Shown here in pieces: positions 1-9,116 of a stretch of DNA of 64,000 nucleotides. The DNA lies in contig JAAXWP010000003.1 in the NCBI GenBank assembly GCA_013334925.1, positions 32,771-96,770 of the forward strand, read 5' to 3'. This DNA comes from Chlorobiaceae bacterium. Its GTDB lineage: Bacteria; Bacteroidota; Chlorobiia; Chlorobiales; Chlorobiaceae. The notes under the pieces are model-generated. The model saw only the letters and a list, made by a program, of their open reading frames with translations. It had not been told where the DNA came from and searched no databases. How positions within the stretch are numbered: the first letter of the stretch is position 1; each line of letters begins with the position of its first letter. The position numbers were made by a program, and so were the translations under genes.

Positions 1-136
1 TCACCACCTTTTCACACTCCTCTTCGCGTTCGATCATCTTGATCAGCCCCTGTACCTGCCCGCTGATCTTCTTCAGCCTGAGTATCACGTCGTCCATATG
101 TCGTTGCTGTTTCCCCGTTGCGATCTTTTCTGACAA
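1..136 (-). CDS. CsoR/RcnR/FrmR-family metal-sensing transcriptional repressor, N-terminal part (3' end runs off the window)
   Basis: Not in the ORF track because it is truncated. The minus-strand frame reads (M)SEKIATGKQQRHMDDVILRLKKISGQVQGLIKMIEREEECEKVV. This fits the LxRLxRIxGQxxGxxxM...C signature of the CsoR/RcnR (DUF156) family. TTG at 136-134 is preceded by GGAGG with 6-nt spacing. An alternative ATG lies at 97. Confidence 0.6.
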   Translation of the reverse strand, partial: MSEKIATGKQQRHMDDVILRLKKISGQVQGLIKMIEREEECEKVV

Positions 137-276
137 TCCATACCTCCAACATGCAATCGAAGGCGGCATACCCATACCCCCTATGGGTACAAAAAGTACA
201 AAAAAACAAACCTCCGTGCAACCGAAACTTTTCAGATGCACGGAGGCGTGTGTTTACAGGATTTCCCCCATGCCGG

Positions 277-900
277 TCATGCTGCGCCACCACCAGCGGA
301 CAGTTCGGGAACCGAGCAGCAGATGTCAGACTGTACCTGGCAAAGCATGCTTTCGGTAGCCTGCTGCATGATCCTTGACATGATCCCTTCGGTCATGAAC
401 TTCAGAATACCTTCAGGCATCAGGTTCAGCGGAAATGTCAGGGTGAAATCGAGCGTGATGTCGGTTTCGAAATGCACTTCGGTACGGCCGTCATCCAGAT
501 GGTACAGACAGATGCGGGTATCCGCCTGGCCGACAAACGGATTTTCGCCGGGCAGATTGATATCGGGAACCATCGGAGCACTGTCCCATCGTATGCATTT
601 CCCGGTCACCGTTCCCTGAGGTACCGGCTCCTCGGAAGTCAGCGGGCCGGGCGGAGTCGTTCCGTTAGAACCCAGCGGCACCTCCTGCTGCCTCACGAAG
701 AAAACTGCCGTAATGGGATTGTCGCGAGGATCGTTGACCTGAAAAATCCACTGGTATATCCCGTGCGCTTCATGATAGACGACATTCGTGCAGTACGGAT
801 TGCACTTGAGAATCCTCGCATGGTCGGAAAAATAGGTCACCGACTCGTGAAGACAGCTCTCTACGACAACCTTTGCCTTGCTTTTCCCTACAACTTCCAT
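277..900 (-). CDS. conserved hypothetical protein (207 aa)
   Basis: Long ORF with ATG at 900 and ordinary amino-acid composition. I can name no motif. The overlapping plus-strand ORFs (236..619, 472..918) look like shadow frames. Confidence 0.6.
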   Translation of the reverse strand: MEVVGKSKAKVVVESCLHESVTYFSDHARILKCNPYCTNVVYHEAHGIYQWIFQVNDPRDNPITAVFFVRQQEVPLGSNGTTPPGPLTSEEPVPQGTVTGKCIRWDSAPMVPDINLPGENPFVGQADTRICLYHLDDGRTEVHFETDITLDFTLTFPLNLMPEGILKFMTEGIMSRIMQQATESMLCQVQSDICCSVPELSAGGGAA

Positions 901-1157
901 GATTTAACTGAACAATAACTGGTTGAAGAACTCCCGCTTGAACGATTTTCAAAAAACGCCTGTCAAAATTCAAGAGTTCCCGGAACTGTTTCCTGCGATG
1001 CAGACATCTGTATCAGTCCGAAAAAATCCCACAGACTCCACCATCAGAATAACATCCACCCTATCGGGTCCGGCTGTCATATCGAAGTTTTTTGTTATAC
1101 TTGTAAGCTTTTTTCATTCAAGGTCCCGGCATTCCGACATTATCTAATAACCCGAAC

Positions 1158-1280
1158 ATGGCCGACTCATTCAATTATACCACTATTTTCGCACCGCTCG
1201 GATTTTTTATCATGGGTATCGTTTCTGTGCTTCTGCTCAACAGATTCATTGGTAAAAGCCAGGGGAAAAAAGCGGAATAA
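1158..1280 (+). CDS. candidate small membrane protein (40 aa)
   Basis: Hand-translated and below the ORF-track cutoff: MADSFNYTTIFAPLGFFIMGIVSVLLLNRFIGKSQGKKAE. It has one hydrophobic helix followed by a basic tail. It lies in the 590-bp gap upstream of the csmB-type gene. Confidence 0.3.
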   Translation: MADSFNYTTIFAPLGFFIMGIVSVLLLNRFIGKSQGKKAE

Positions 1281-1490
1281 ACCCTGACCGTACGCCCGCT
1301 TCAGGCACAGCAACCGTACGGCAATTACATACTTGAGCATATTTTGGGAGTCGTGTACGAAATACAATTGTAACACGTTTTCTCTTGCGCAACTGTCGAA
1401 AATATATTAGCTTTTGAATATACCCGAAAGCCTGCCTCCGGGCCGAGATTTTCTCTTAGTGCTTTCAACAACTCAAAACATATACACATC

Positions 1491-1718
1491 ATGTCAAACG
1501 GAACCAACATCGATGTCGCAGGTGCAATCAACACCCTGACCGAAACCTTCGGCAAGCTGTTCCAGCTCCAGATCGACATTGCCAACAACAGCCTGAAGGC
1601 CCTGGCAAACGTCGCTGAGCCACTCGCCAAGACCGCTACCGACCTGATCGGCAACGTTGCAAACGCAGCTACCCAGGTTCTGCAGAGCGTATCGACCGCA
1701 ATCGCTCCGAAAAAGTAA
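1491..1718 (+). CDS. csmB: chlorosome envelope protein, CsmB/CsmF family (75 aa)
   Basis: MSNGTNIDVAGAINTLTETFGKLFQLQIDIANNSL...AIAPKK matches my recollection of CsmB (same length, same N- and C-termini). It is followed by a strong intrinsic terminator. Confidence 0.85.
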   Translation: MSNGTNIDVAGAINTLTETFGKLFQLQIDIANNSLKALANVAEPLAKTATDLIGNVANAATQVLQSVSTAIAPKK

Positions 1719-1737
1719 GGCAACCGCCTGATTCAGA

Positions 1738-1773
1738 AGCACCTTACGTTCACGCGTAAGGTGCTTTTTTTTT
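1738..1773 (+). terminator. rho-independent terminator after the csmB-type gene
   Basis: 11-bp perfect stem AGCACCTTACG / CGTAAGGTGCT (1738-1748 / 1755-1765), 6-nt loop, then a T9 run. Confidence 0.8.
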
Positions 1774-1814
1774 ATCTCTACCACCATGATCGATTCACCA
1801 TACGATCCCCTGCA

Positions 1815-2819
1815 ATGGACATCAGTGAACTGATCGGCAAGCTGTTTCCTGCCGGGGAGCGCGAAAGCCTCCGCATCGTCCGAATCAAGGGTGACGCTTC
1901 AAACCGGCAGTATTTCCGTGTTCATAGTACCTCAGGAACCGCGATCGCCTGCATCGACCCGGCATTCAGAGGCGTCGATCCGGAAGCCTACCCGTTCCTC
2001 ACTGTGGGGACGCTGCTGAACGAACACGGAGTCAGGGTTCCCGAAGTTCGCGAGTTCGACAGCCTGGAAGGATTGCTGCTGCTGGAAGATTGCGGCGACA
2101 GGATGCTGCAGGACGAAGTGGAATCCGCCGATGCGGCTGTAGTGGCCGACAGGTACCGGCAGGTCATCGACATTCTCGTCTCGATCCAGTCAATCAGACC
2201 TCGTCCGGGCTCGGCACCGTTTACCCTGAGCTTCGACCGCGAAAAACTGATGTTCGAATTCGACTTCTTCATCCGTCATGCGCTTCAGGGCGTGTTTGCG
2301 GGCCTGCTCGAAGATACGGCGATCCCGGCGCTGCGCCTTGAATTCGAATTCATCACCGGACTGCTTGTCAGACCGGAACAGTTCGTCCTGAACCACAGAG
2401 ACTTTCACAGCCGGAACATCATGCTTTCCGGAGACGAACCGGTCGTCATCGATTTTCAGGACGCCAGACTCGGCCTGCCTCAGTATGACGCCGTCTCGAT
2501 GCTTCGTGATTCCTATGTGCAACTCGATCCATCCATGGTCGATCAGCTCAAGGCGTACCATTTCTCGAGACTCGAACAGGAGGGGCTGATCACCACCGGC
2601 TTCAGCGACTATCTCCGTTATTTCGACCTGATGGCGTTCCAGAGGAATGTCAAAGCGATCGGCACCTTCTGCTACCAGGTATCGGTCATAGGTAACGATA
2701 CGTTCCAGCGGAGCATCACTCCGACCCTGGCCTATCTTCCCGACTACATCCAGGCGCGACCCGAGCTGGAAACTGCCGGCAAACTCCTTGAACCGCTAAT
2801 CCGCAGTATCCATCGATGA
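1815..2819 (+). CDS. APH-fold sugar kinase, AmgK-like (anomeric MurNAc/GlcNAc kinase family)
   Basis: Kinase catalytic motifs HRDFHSRNIML and VIDFQDA (COG3178-type). ATG at 1815 was chosen because the GTG at 1761 lies inside the upstream terminator. The stop overlaps the next ATG (ATGA at 2816-2819). Confidence 0.65.
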   Translation: MDISELIGKLFPAGERESLRIVRIKGDASNRQYFRVHSTSGTAIACIDPAFRGVDPEAYPFLTVGTLLNEHGVRVPEVREFDSLEGLLLLEDCGDRMLQDEVESADAAVVADRYRQVIDILVSIQSIRPRPGSAPFTLSFDREKLMFEFDFFIRHALQGVFAGLLEDTAIPALRLEFEFITGLLVRPEQFVLNHRDFHSRNIMLSGDEPVVIDFQDARLGLPQYDAVSMLRDSYVQLDPSMVDQLKAYHFSRLEQEGLITTGFSDYLRYFDLMAFQRNVKAIGTFCYQVSVIGNDTFQRSITPTLAYLPDYIQARPELETAGKLLEPLIRSIHR

Positions 2820-3745
2820 ATGCGTTCGTTCTGGCTGCCGGCTTCGGAACCCGGCTCCGGCCCCTGACCGAAACGACACCCAAACCACTGGTGCCGGTAC
2901 TGAACGTACCAAGCATCTGCTATACTCTGTTCCTGCTCAGTGAGGCCGGTTTCAGAAAAGCCATTATCAACATCCACCACCATCCCGACAGCCTCCTGAG
3001 GTATTTCGACGAGCATGACTTCGGGAATCTCGAAATCGTGCTCTCCGAGGAGACAACCATCCTTGGTACGGGTGGCGGCCTCAAGAAGTGCGAGCACCTG
3101 CTCGACGACGACGATTTCCTGCTCATCAACAGCGACATCATCAGCGACATCGACCTTCGGGCCCTCGTCGAACGCCACCGTTCGAGCGGGCTGGGAGGCA
3201 CCCTGGCGCTGCACGAGACACCACTGGCAGCGGAGATCGGGCAGGTAGGATTACGCGACGGCCTCGTCCTCGATTTCAGGAACATGCGTGGCACCGGACT
3301 TCTGTCGTCATGCATCTACACAGGGACGGCCGTACTGAGTCCGCACATATTCAGATATCTGAGCGAAGAGTTTTCAAGCATCGTCGACACGGGATTCACC
3401 GGACTGATCGACCATGTCGGGCTGGGAAGTTACGAACACCGTGGCATGTGGCAGGACATCGGCACCATCCAGAACTTTTACCGCGCCAACCTTGACGGGA
3501 ATTTATGTATTCTTCAGCTCGGAGAGCGGATGAACGCCCGTATCGGCATGGCCCCTCACCTGATCTCACCTCAGGCCGACATCAGTCCGGACGCTCGGGT
3601 CACGCAGTCAGTCGTTGGCGAACGATGCTCGATAGCATCCGGAGCCGTGGTCGAGCATTCGGTACTCCTGCCTGGTACCGTGATCGAACGGGGCTCGGTT
3701 ATCAGGAACACGATCGCAGGGCCGGGTTGGACCGTTCCTGCCTGA
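2816..3745 (+). CDS. sugar-1-phosphate nucleotidylyltransferase, MurU-like, with a C-terminal left-handed beta-helix tail
   Basis: N-terminal AAGFGTRLRPLTETTPKPLVPV (GxGTRL NTP-transferase motif). The C-terminus has hexapeptide-like repeats. It is translationally coupled to the upstream kinase. Confidence 0.65.
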   Translation: MNAFVLAAGFGTRLRPLTETTPKPLVPVLNVPSICYTLFLLSEAGFRKAIINIHHHPDSLLRYFDEHDFGNLEIVLSEETTILGTGGGLKKCEHLLDDDDFLLINSDIISDIDLRALVERHRSSGLGGTLALHETPLAAEIGQVGLRDGLVLDFRNMRGTGLLSSCIYTGTAVLSPHIFRYLSEEFSSIVDTGFTGLIDHVGLGSYEHRGMWQDIGTIQNFYRANLDGNLCILQLGERMNARIGMAPHLISPQADISPDARVTQSVVGERCSIASGAVVEHSVLLPGTVIERGSVIRNTIAGPGWTVPA

Positions 3746-3774
3746 AGATTTACCACCAGCAACCCGATACATCC

Positions 3775-4941
3775 ATGGTGTTCAACGGACTCGACCTGCT
3801 TCTCCAGGATCCCGCGCCACTCAGAAACCGGCGGATCGGTCTCATCGCCAACCAGACATCGGTTTCCAGGGAGCTCCGCTACTCCTGGCATCTCTTCGAA
3901 CAGAAGGGCATCAGGCTGACCAGGATTTTCTCCCCCGAGCACGGCCTCTTCTCGACTGAGCAGGACCAGATCGCCGTCGATGGGCAACCGGAAGGAGCCT
4001 GCGAAATCGTCAGTCTTTACGGAAGTTCGGCCGACACGCTTCTTCCCGACCGGAAACACCTCGAAGGTCTTGACCTGGTGCTGTTCGACATCCAGGATAT
4101 CGGCTCCCGTTACTACACCTACGTCAACACCCTTGCCCTCTTCATGGAGGCTGTTCAGGGACTCGACATTGAAATCATGGTGCTCGACCGGCCGAATCCG
4201 CTTGGCGGCACCCGAATCGAAGGACCACTGCTCGACCCGGCATTCCACTCGTTCGTCGGCGTCATGCCGGTTCCGGTGCGCCATGGACTGACCGCCGGAG
4301 AGATCGCCCATTTCTACCGTGACTATAAAAAACTCGACGTCAACCTGAGCGTTATCCCGATGCAGGGCTGGAAGCGCTCGATGCTTTTTCCCGAAACCGG
4401 GCTTCCCTGGGTTCCGCCATCACCGAACATGCCGTCGTTCCCGGTTGCTGAGGTCTATCCGGGCATGTGCCTGTTCGAAGGCCTGAATGTATCCGAAGGC
4501 AGGGGCACCACCTTGCCGTTCCTGATGAGCGGAGCTCCGTTCATCGAGCCATACGGACTTGCGGAACGCCTCGAAAAGATGGACCTGGAAGGCGTCGTGT
4601 TCCGCCCGATGTGGTACCGGCCAACTTTCCATAAATACCACGGTGAAGTGATCGGAGGAGTCTACCTCCACGTCACGGATCATGAACGGTTCCGCCCTTT
4701 CGCCACGGGCATCGCCATGACTCACGCCATCAGGGAGCTCTGTCCGGAAAAACTCAGGTTTCTCGATGGGGTGTACGAATTCAACGATACCATTCCGGCG
4801 TTCGACCTGCTGGCAGGCAGCAGCACTATCAGGGAAAGCATTCTCGGGGGGAAGCCCGTAAATTCCATACTGGCATCCTGGGAGCAGGATGAAGCCGAGT
4901 TCGCGGCCATCAAACCGAACTTTCACCTGTACGAAGCCTGA
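3775..4941 (+). CDS. DUF1343 family protein (NamZ-type exo-beta-N-acetylmuramidase family)
   Basis: MVFNGLDLLLQD...RIGLIANQTSV...RIFSPEHGLF... is the typical DUF1343 N-terminus. ATG at 3775 was chosen because the track ORF start (3505) overlaps the upstream gene in a basic, low-quality frame. Confidence 0.75.
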   Translation: MVFNGLDLLLQDPAPLRNRRIGLIANQTSVSRELRYSWHLFEQKGIRLTRIFSPEHGLFSTEQDQIAVDGQPEGACEIVSLYGSSADTLLPDRKHLEGLDLVLFDIQDIGSRYYTYVNTLALFMEAVQGLDIEIMVLDRPNPLGGTRIEGPLLDPAFHSFVGVMPVPVRHGLTAGEIAHFYRDYKKLDVNLSVIPMQGWKRSMLFPETGLPWVPPSPNMPSFPVAEVYPGMCLFEGLNVSEGRGTTLPFLMSGAPFIEPYGLAERLEKMDLEGVVFRPMWYRPTFHKYHGEVIGGVYLHVTDHERFRPFATGIAMTHAIRELCPEKLRFLDGVYEFNDTIPAFDLLAGSSTIRESILGGKPVNSILASWEQDEAEFAAIKPNFHLYEA

Positions 4942-4996
4942 ACATCCCACAGACAATCCGGCAAACGATCAATAACCTTTAAGCTCCACCCCGCCA

Positions 4997-6403
4997 ATGC
5001 AGCCTCTCGATCTTGCCATCGTCATGCTCTTTCTCGCCGGCAACACCCTGTTCGGGCTGTGGCACGCAAAAGGCAACAAAAATTCGGGAGACTACTTCCT
5101 CGGCGGCCACAAGCTCCCCTGGGTGGTCTCGATGTTTTCCATCGTGGCTTCGGAAACCTCGGTACTGACCTTTGTCAGCGTTCCGGGCCTTGCCTACCGG
5201 GGTGACTGGACCTTCCTCCAGCTGCCATTGGGTTACCTCATCGGTCGAGTACTGGTCAGCACCCTGCTTCTGCCACTTTACTTCAAGCATGGCGTCAACT
5301 CCATCTACGAGATTATCGGCATGCGATTCGGGCAAGGCATGCACCGGGTTGCCTCCATCGTCTTCCTCGTCACCCGTACCCTCGGGGACGCCATCAGGTT
5401 CCTTGCCGCTGGAGTGGTCGTCCAGGTGGTGACCGGCTGGTCTCTGCCCATGTCCGTCATTGTCATCGGACTGGTCACCCTCGTCTACACGCTGTCCGGC
5501 GGCATCAAGGCGGTCGTCTGGCTTGAAAGCTTCCAGTTCGGCCTCTATCTGATCGGCGGTCTCGTCTCCATCTTCTATATCCTGCACAGTACAGGCAACA
5601 CACTGCCTGGTGTCATCTCCATACTCGCTGCCATGGGCAAGCTGAAAGTACTCAACTTCGACCCGCACCTCCTGACCAATCCGATGAGCTTTACCGGGGC
5701 ATTTTTCGGCGGCATTCTGCTCTCGCTCTGCTCACATGGCGTCGATTACATGATGGTGCAGCGTGTGCTGGGATGCAGGAACCTTGCTGCGGCCCAGAAA
5801 GCCATGATCGGCAGTGGTATTTTCGTTCTCTTCCAGTTCTCGGTATTCCTGCTTGCCGGATCGCTGATCTGGCTCTTCCTGCACGGAGCGCCAGTCGAAA
5901 AGGACCGCGAATTCGCGACGTTTATCGTCCATAGCCTTCCTACAGGCCTGAAGGGTTTGCTGGTAGCCGGCGTGCTTTCGGCTGCCATGTCGACACACAG
6001 TTCGGCGATCAACTCACTGGCCTCTTCTACGGTTAACGACATCATGGGCGGGGGTGCATCACTGAGCGTATCCCGCATCGTAAGCTTTGTCTGGGCCGTC
6101 GTACTTATCGTCATCGCCCTGATGTTCGATGAAAGCGACAAGGCGATCGTCATGGTTGGTCTCGAGATAGCCTCGTTCACCTATGGCGGTCTTCTCGGGC
6201 TTTTTCTGCTTTCGAAAAGCTCCAGGAATTTTCATCCGGTCAGCCTGAGCACAGGCCTGGTCGCCAGCATGGCCATCGTTTTCGTCCTGAAATATCTCGG
6301 ACTTGCGTGGACCTGGTACATTGCCGTCTCGGTTACCGTCAACCTGCTGGTTACCATTTCTGTCGATCTCTTTTTTCAGAACAGGCAATCGAAAACACGT
6401 TAA
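4997..6403 (+). CDS. sodium:solute symporter family (SSF) transporter
   Basis: Polytopic membrane protein. It has the N-terminal GDYFLGGHKLPWVVSMFSIVASETSVLTFVSVPG motif typical of SSF transporters. Confidence 0.85.
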   Translation: MQPLDLAIVMLFLAGNTLFGLWHAKGNKNSGDYFLGGHKLPWVVSMFSIVASETSVLTFVSVPGLAYRGDWTFLQLPLGYLIGRVLVSTLLLPLYFKHGVNSIYEIIGMRFGQGMHRVASIVFLVTRTLGDAIRFLAAGVVVQVVTGWSLPMSVIVIGLVTLVYTLSGGIKAVVWLESFQFGLYLIGGLVSIFYILHSTGNTLPGVISILAAMGKLKVLNFDPHLLTNPMSFTGAFFGGILLSLCSHGVDYMMVQRVLGCRNLAAAQKAMIGSGIFVLFQFSVFLLAGSLIWLFLHGAPVEKDREFATFIVHSLPTGLKGLLVAGVLSAAMSTHSSAINSLASSTVNDIMGGGASLSVSRIVSFVWAVVLIVIALMFDESDKAIVMVGLEIASFTYGGLLGLFLLSKSSRNFHPVSLSTGLVASMAIVFVLKYLGLAWTWYIAVSVTVNLLVTISVDLFFQNRQSKTR

Positions 6404-6522
6404 TTTTTTTATCCTTCAAACTCGTATCTTAATGTTTGTCACTCCGCATGTGCAGTCTGGCCAGTTTGCTGGCCCGGAGATCAGATAACACCGGTCACCT
6501 GAAAACAGATAACGGGTCGGAC

Positions 6523-6900
6523 ATGAATATTTACGACGCCATACTGGTCATAGAGGATGATGAGGATATCCGGCAGATGATCTGCGATATCCTCGAAGAA
6601 GAGGGTTACGATACCCTGCAGGCTGCAAATGGTCTGGAGGGCATTTCGGTGCTGAAGAAACATCCTGACATCGGCCTCATCGTCACCGACCTGCTCATGC
6701 CGGAAAAAGAGGGCCTGGAAACCATCACGGAGATCAGAAAAGATTACCCGATGCTCAAGATTCTGGCAATTTCCGGTGGAGGGATCTGCATTCCTGAAAG
6801 CTATCTCAGCCTCGCAAAAGCCATGGGCGCCGATGCCACCCTGTGTAAACCATTCGGAAGCAGAGAGCTTCTGAATGCCATCAGCAACCTTGGGCGCTGA
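6523..6900 (+). CDS. single-domain response regulator (CheY-like receiver)
   Basis: ILVIEDDEDIRQ...IVTDLLMPEKEG...ILAISGGG...KPF. ATG at 6523 removes a non-receiver leader present in the track ORF (6436). Confidence 0.85.
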   Translation: MNIYDAILVIEDDEDIRQMICDILEEEGYDTLQAANGLEGISVLKKHPDIGLIVTDLLMPEKEGLETITEIRKDYPMLKILAISGGGICIPESYLSLAKAMGADATLCKPFGSRELLNAISNLGR

Positions 6901-7052
6901 GCTGAGCATAACCTTATTTCTGCGGCTGTAAGGGTCAATGACCCAATTTCATCGTTTATTTGTCATATTGTTTTTGTGTTCGTGTACGGTCCGCCCCCAT
7001 CCTTCGGTTAGCATCAGGGGGCAACTGTTTCAATACCATCCCCTGTGTTTGC

Positions 7053-9116
7053 ATGGACTCAATTTTCGGTTCCGGACATCCGGAACAGAACACCGAGGCG
7101 CTCCTCAAAAGGCTCGAAGAGCTGGAACATCAACTCGATATCGCCGAGCGATCCGTCGAGAATCTTTCCATGGCACTCGATGCCACCGCAGCAGGAACCT
7201 GGGACTGGAATATCCAAACCGGTGAGCTCACCGTCAATGCCCGCTGGGCTGAGATCATCGGCTACGAGCCTGAAGAGATTTCTCCGCTGACCATCGAGTT
7301 CTGGCAACAGCACTGCCACCCTGAAGACCTTGTCCTTTCTGATAAACTTCTGCGCGAGCACTTCGAAGGCAAAACCGGCCATTACGAGACTGAGTTGAGA
7401 ATGCGTCACAAAGATGGGCACTGGATCCGGGTTTTCAACCGCGGAAAGCTCGTCTCACGTGATGAAAACAGTGCACCCCTGCACATGATTGTCGCCAGCA
7501 GGGAGATCGTCGCGAATAACCACGCTGAACCGTGCACGAGCAACCCCATGCCTGCAGATCGAAATGCATCGGAGTTCAAGTCTCTGATCGACAATATTCC
7601 AGGAGCCGTTTACCGGATAAACAGCTCAGGTGCGACCATGCTTTCGATGTATCCTGAATTCCTGCCTGAATTCTCGCAACAGGAGTTCGAACACGACCTC
7701 CTGGAAACGCTTGCAATGGTGCATCCCGATGACCGGCAGGCCATCATTGAATCAAATCTCAGCCTCCGATCATCCAGAAAATCGGAAATGCTGACCTACC
7801 GTATTCATACCGGAAAGAACGAAATCCGGTGGATTGAAGACCGAAAAACCTCCATCTTCTCCCCTGAAGGAGTGTTCACCGGGATCGATGGCATCCTGTT
7901 CGATATCACGGCGCGGGTAAAGGCTCAGGAAGAGAAGCATCTGCTCGAATCACGCCTGCTCAAATCCCAACGCCTCGAAACAATCGGGACTCTGGCCGGC
8001 GGAATCGCCCATGATTTCAATAATATCCTGACCCCGATCCTCGGCTACGCGGAAATGGGGGTAATGAGCCTGACCGAAGACGATCCGCTGCACGATTTCT
8101 TCTCCGAGATCATGCAGGCAGCTGAACGTGCACAGAGCCTCGTCTCGCAGATCCTGACCTTCAGCCGTGCCCAGGACAGCACACCGTCCCCCATATGCAT
8201 GCAGACCATCGTCACAGAAGCGCTCAAGCTGCTCGGGCCATCGATACCACCATACATCACGATCGAACAGCACATCGAGAAAAGCTGCCGGAACATTCTG
8301 GCCGATCCGTCACAGATTCACCAGGTGATCATCAATCTCTGCACCAACGCCTTTCAGGCGATGGAAGGCTCTGCCGGAACCCTGAAAATAGGGCTCGACG
8401 AGATCATTCCCGATGATACCATGCTCAAGGGGATGCCGAAACTGCGTCAGCGCAGCTATGTGCACCTCTGCATTTCCGATACGGGTACCGGTATGGATGA
8501 TGCCACCATGGAAAGGATCTTCGAACCGTTTTTCACGACTAAATCCGTCGACAAGGGCACTGGCCTGGGTCTATCGGTCGTCCATGGCATTATTGTCAGC
8601 TGCAACGGAGAGATCACCGTCGAGAGCATACCGGGCAAAGGTTCGACCTTCAACATCTACCTGCCGGTGATCGAGGAAAAGAACACTGCAGCCTCCGACG
8701 AAGACAACGCGCTCCAGGGAAGCGGCAACATCCTCTTCATTGACGACGAGCAGACCGCTGTCGAAATGATGACGCTCATGCTGACAAAACTCGGATTTAC
8801 GATCCAGACTGAAAAATCGCCATCGACGGCACTGGAACTTTTCAGGGAAGCCCCGGAACGATTCGACCTGGTGATCACCGATCTCGGCATGCCTGAAATG
8901 AATGGGCTCCAGCTATCGGAAGAACTCTGGAAAATCACTCCCGGATTGCCTGTTATCTTCATGACCGGTAACGGCCAGAACATCGACATCTCCATCCCTC
9001 TCGAGCAGCTTGCCATCAGCCGGCTTCTGAAAAAACCGGTAAAACTTGCCCAGTTGGCATCGACCGTCAATGAGCTCTTAATCACCAACAACAATTCATC
9101 TCCAGCGTTATCATGA
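7053..9116 (+). CDS. hybrid sensor histidine kinase (PAS-PAS-HisKA-HATPase-REC)
   Basis: PAS-like segments are present (RMRHKDGHWIRV, IRWIEDRKT). H-box is GGIAHDFNNILTPILGYAEM. ATPase motifs are DTGTGMD and GTGLGLSVVHGIV. The C-terminal receiver reads ILFIDDEQ...ITDLGMPEMNG. ATG at 7053 is preferred over 6960. Confidence 0.9.
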   Translation: MDSIFGSGHPEQNTEALLKRLEELEHQLDIAERSVENLSMALDATAAGTWDWNIQTGELTVNARWAEIIGYEPEEISPLTIEFWQQHCHPEDLVLSDKLLREHFEGKTGHYETELRMRHKDGHWIRVFNRGKLVSRDENSAPLHMIVASREIVANNHAEPCTSNPMPADRNASEFKSLIDNIPGAVYRINSSGATMLSMYPEFLPEFSQQEFEHDLLETLAMVHPDDRQAIIESNLSLRSSRKSEMLTYRIHTGKNEIRWIEDRKTSIFSPEGVFTGIDGILFDITARVKAQEEKHLLESRLLKSQRLETIGTLAGGIAHDFNNILTPILGYAEMGVMSLTEDDPLHDFFSEIMQAAERAQSLVSQILTFSRAQDSTPSPICMQTIVTEALKLLGPSIPPYITIEQHIEKSCRNILADPSQIHQVIINLCTNAFQAMEGSAGTLKIGLDEIIPDDTMLKGMPKLRQRSYVHLCISDTGTGMDDATMERIFEPFFTTKSVDKGTGLGLSVVHGIIVSCNGEITVESIPGKGSTFNIYLPVIEEKNTAASDEDNALQGSGNILFIDDEQTAVEMMTLMLTKLGFTIQTEKSPSTALELFREAPERFDLVITDLGMPEMNGLQLSEELWKITPGLPVIFMTGNGQNIDISIPLEQLAISRLLKKPVKLAQLASTVNELLITNNNSSPALS

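Noticed and set aside
12-293. 93-aa minus-strand ORF at the window start
   Set aside because: The sequence has no recognisable features. A different minus-strand frame over 1-136 gives a clean CsoR/RcnR-family N-terminus with a good RBS, so that frame was preferred.
923-1723. ORFs 923..1147 (+), 1167..1376 (-), 1325..1723 (-) and 1494..1787 (-) around the csmB-type gene
   Set aside because: The last two are antisense to the strongly supported CsmB-type ORF and its terminator. The first two have implausible sequences. Only the 40-codon ORF at 1158-1280 looked protein-like.
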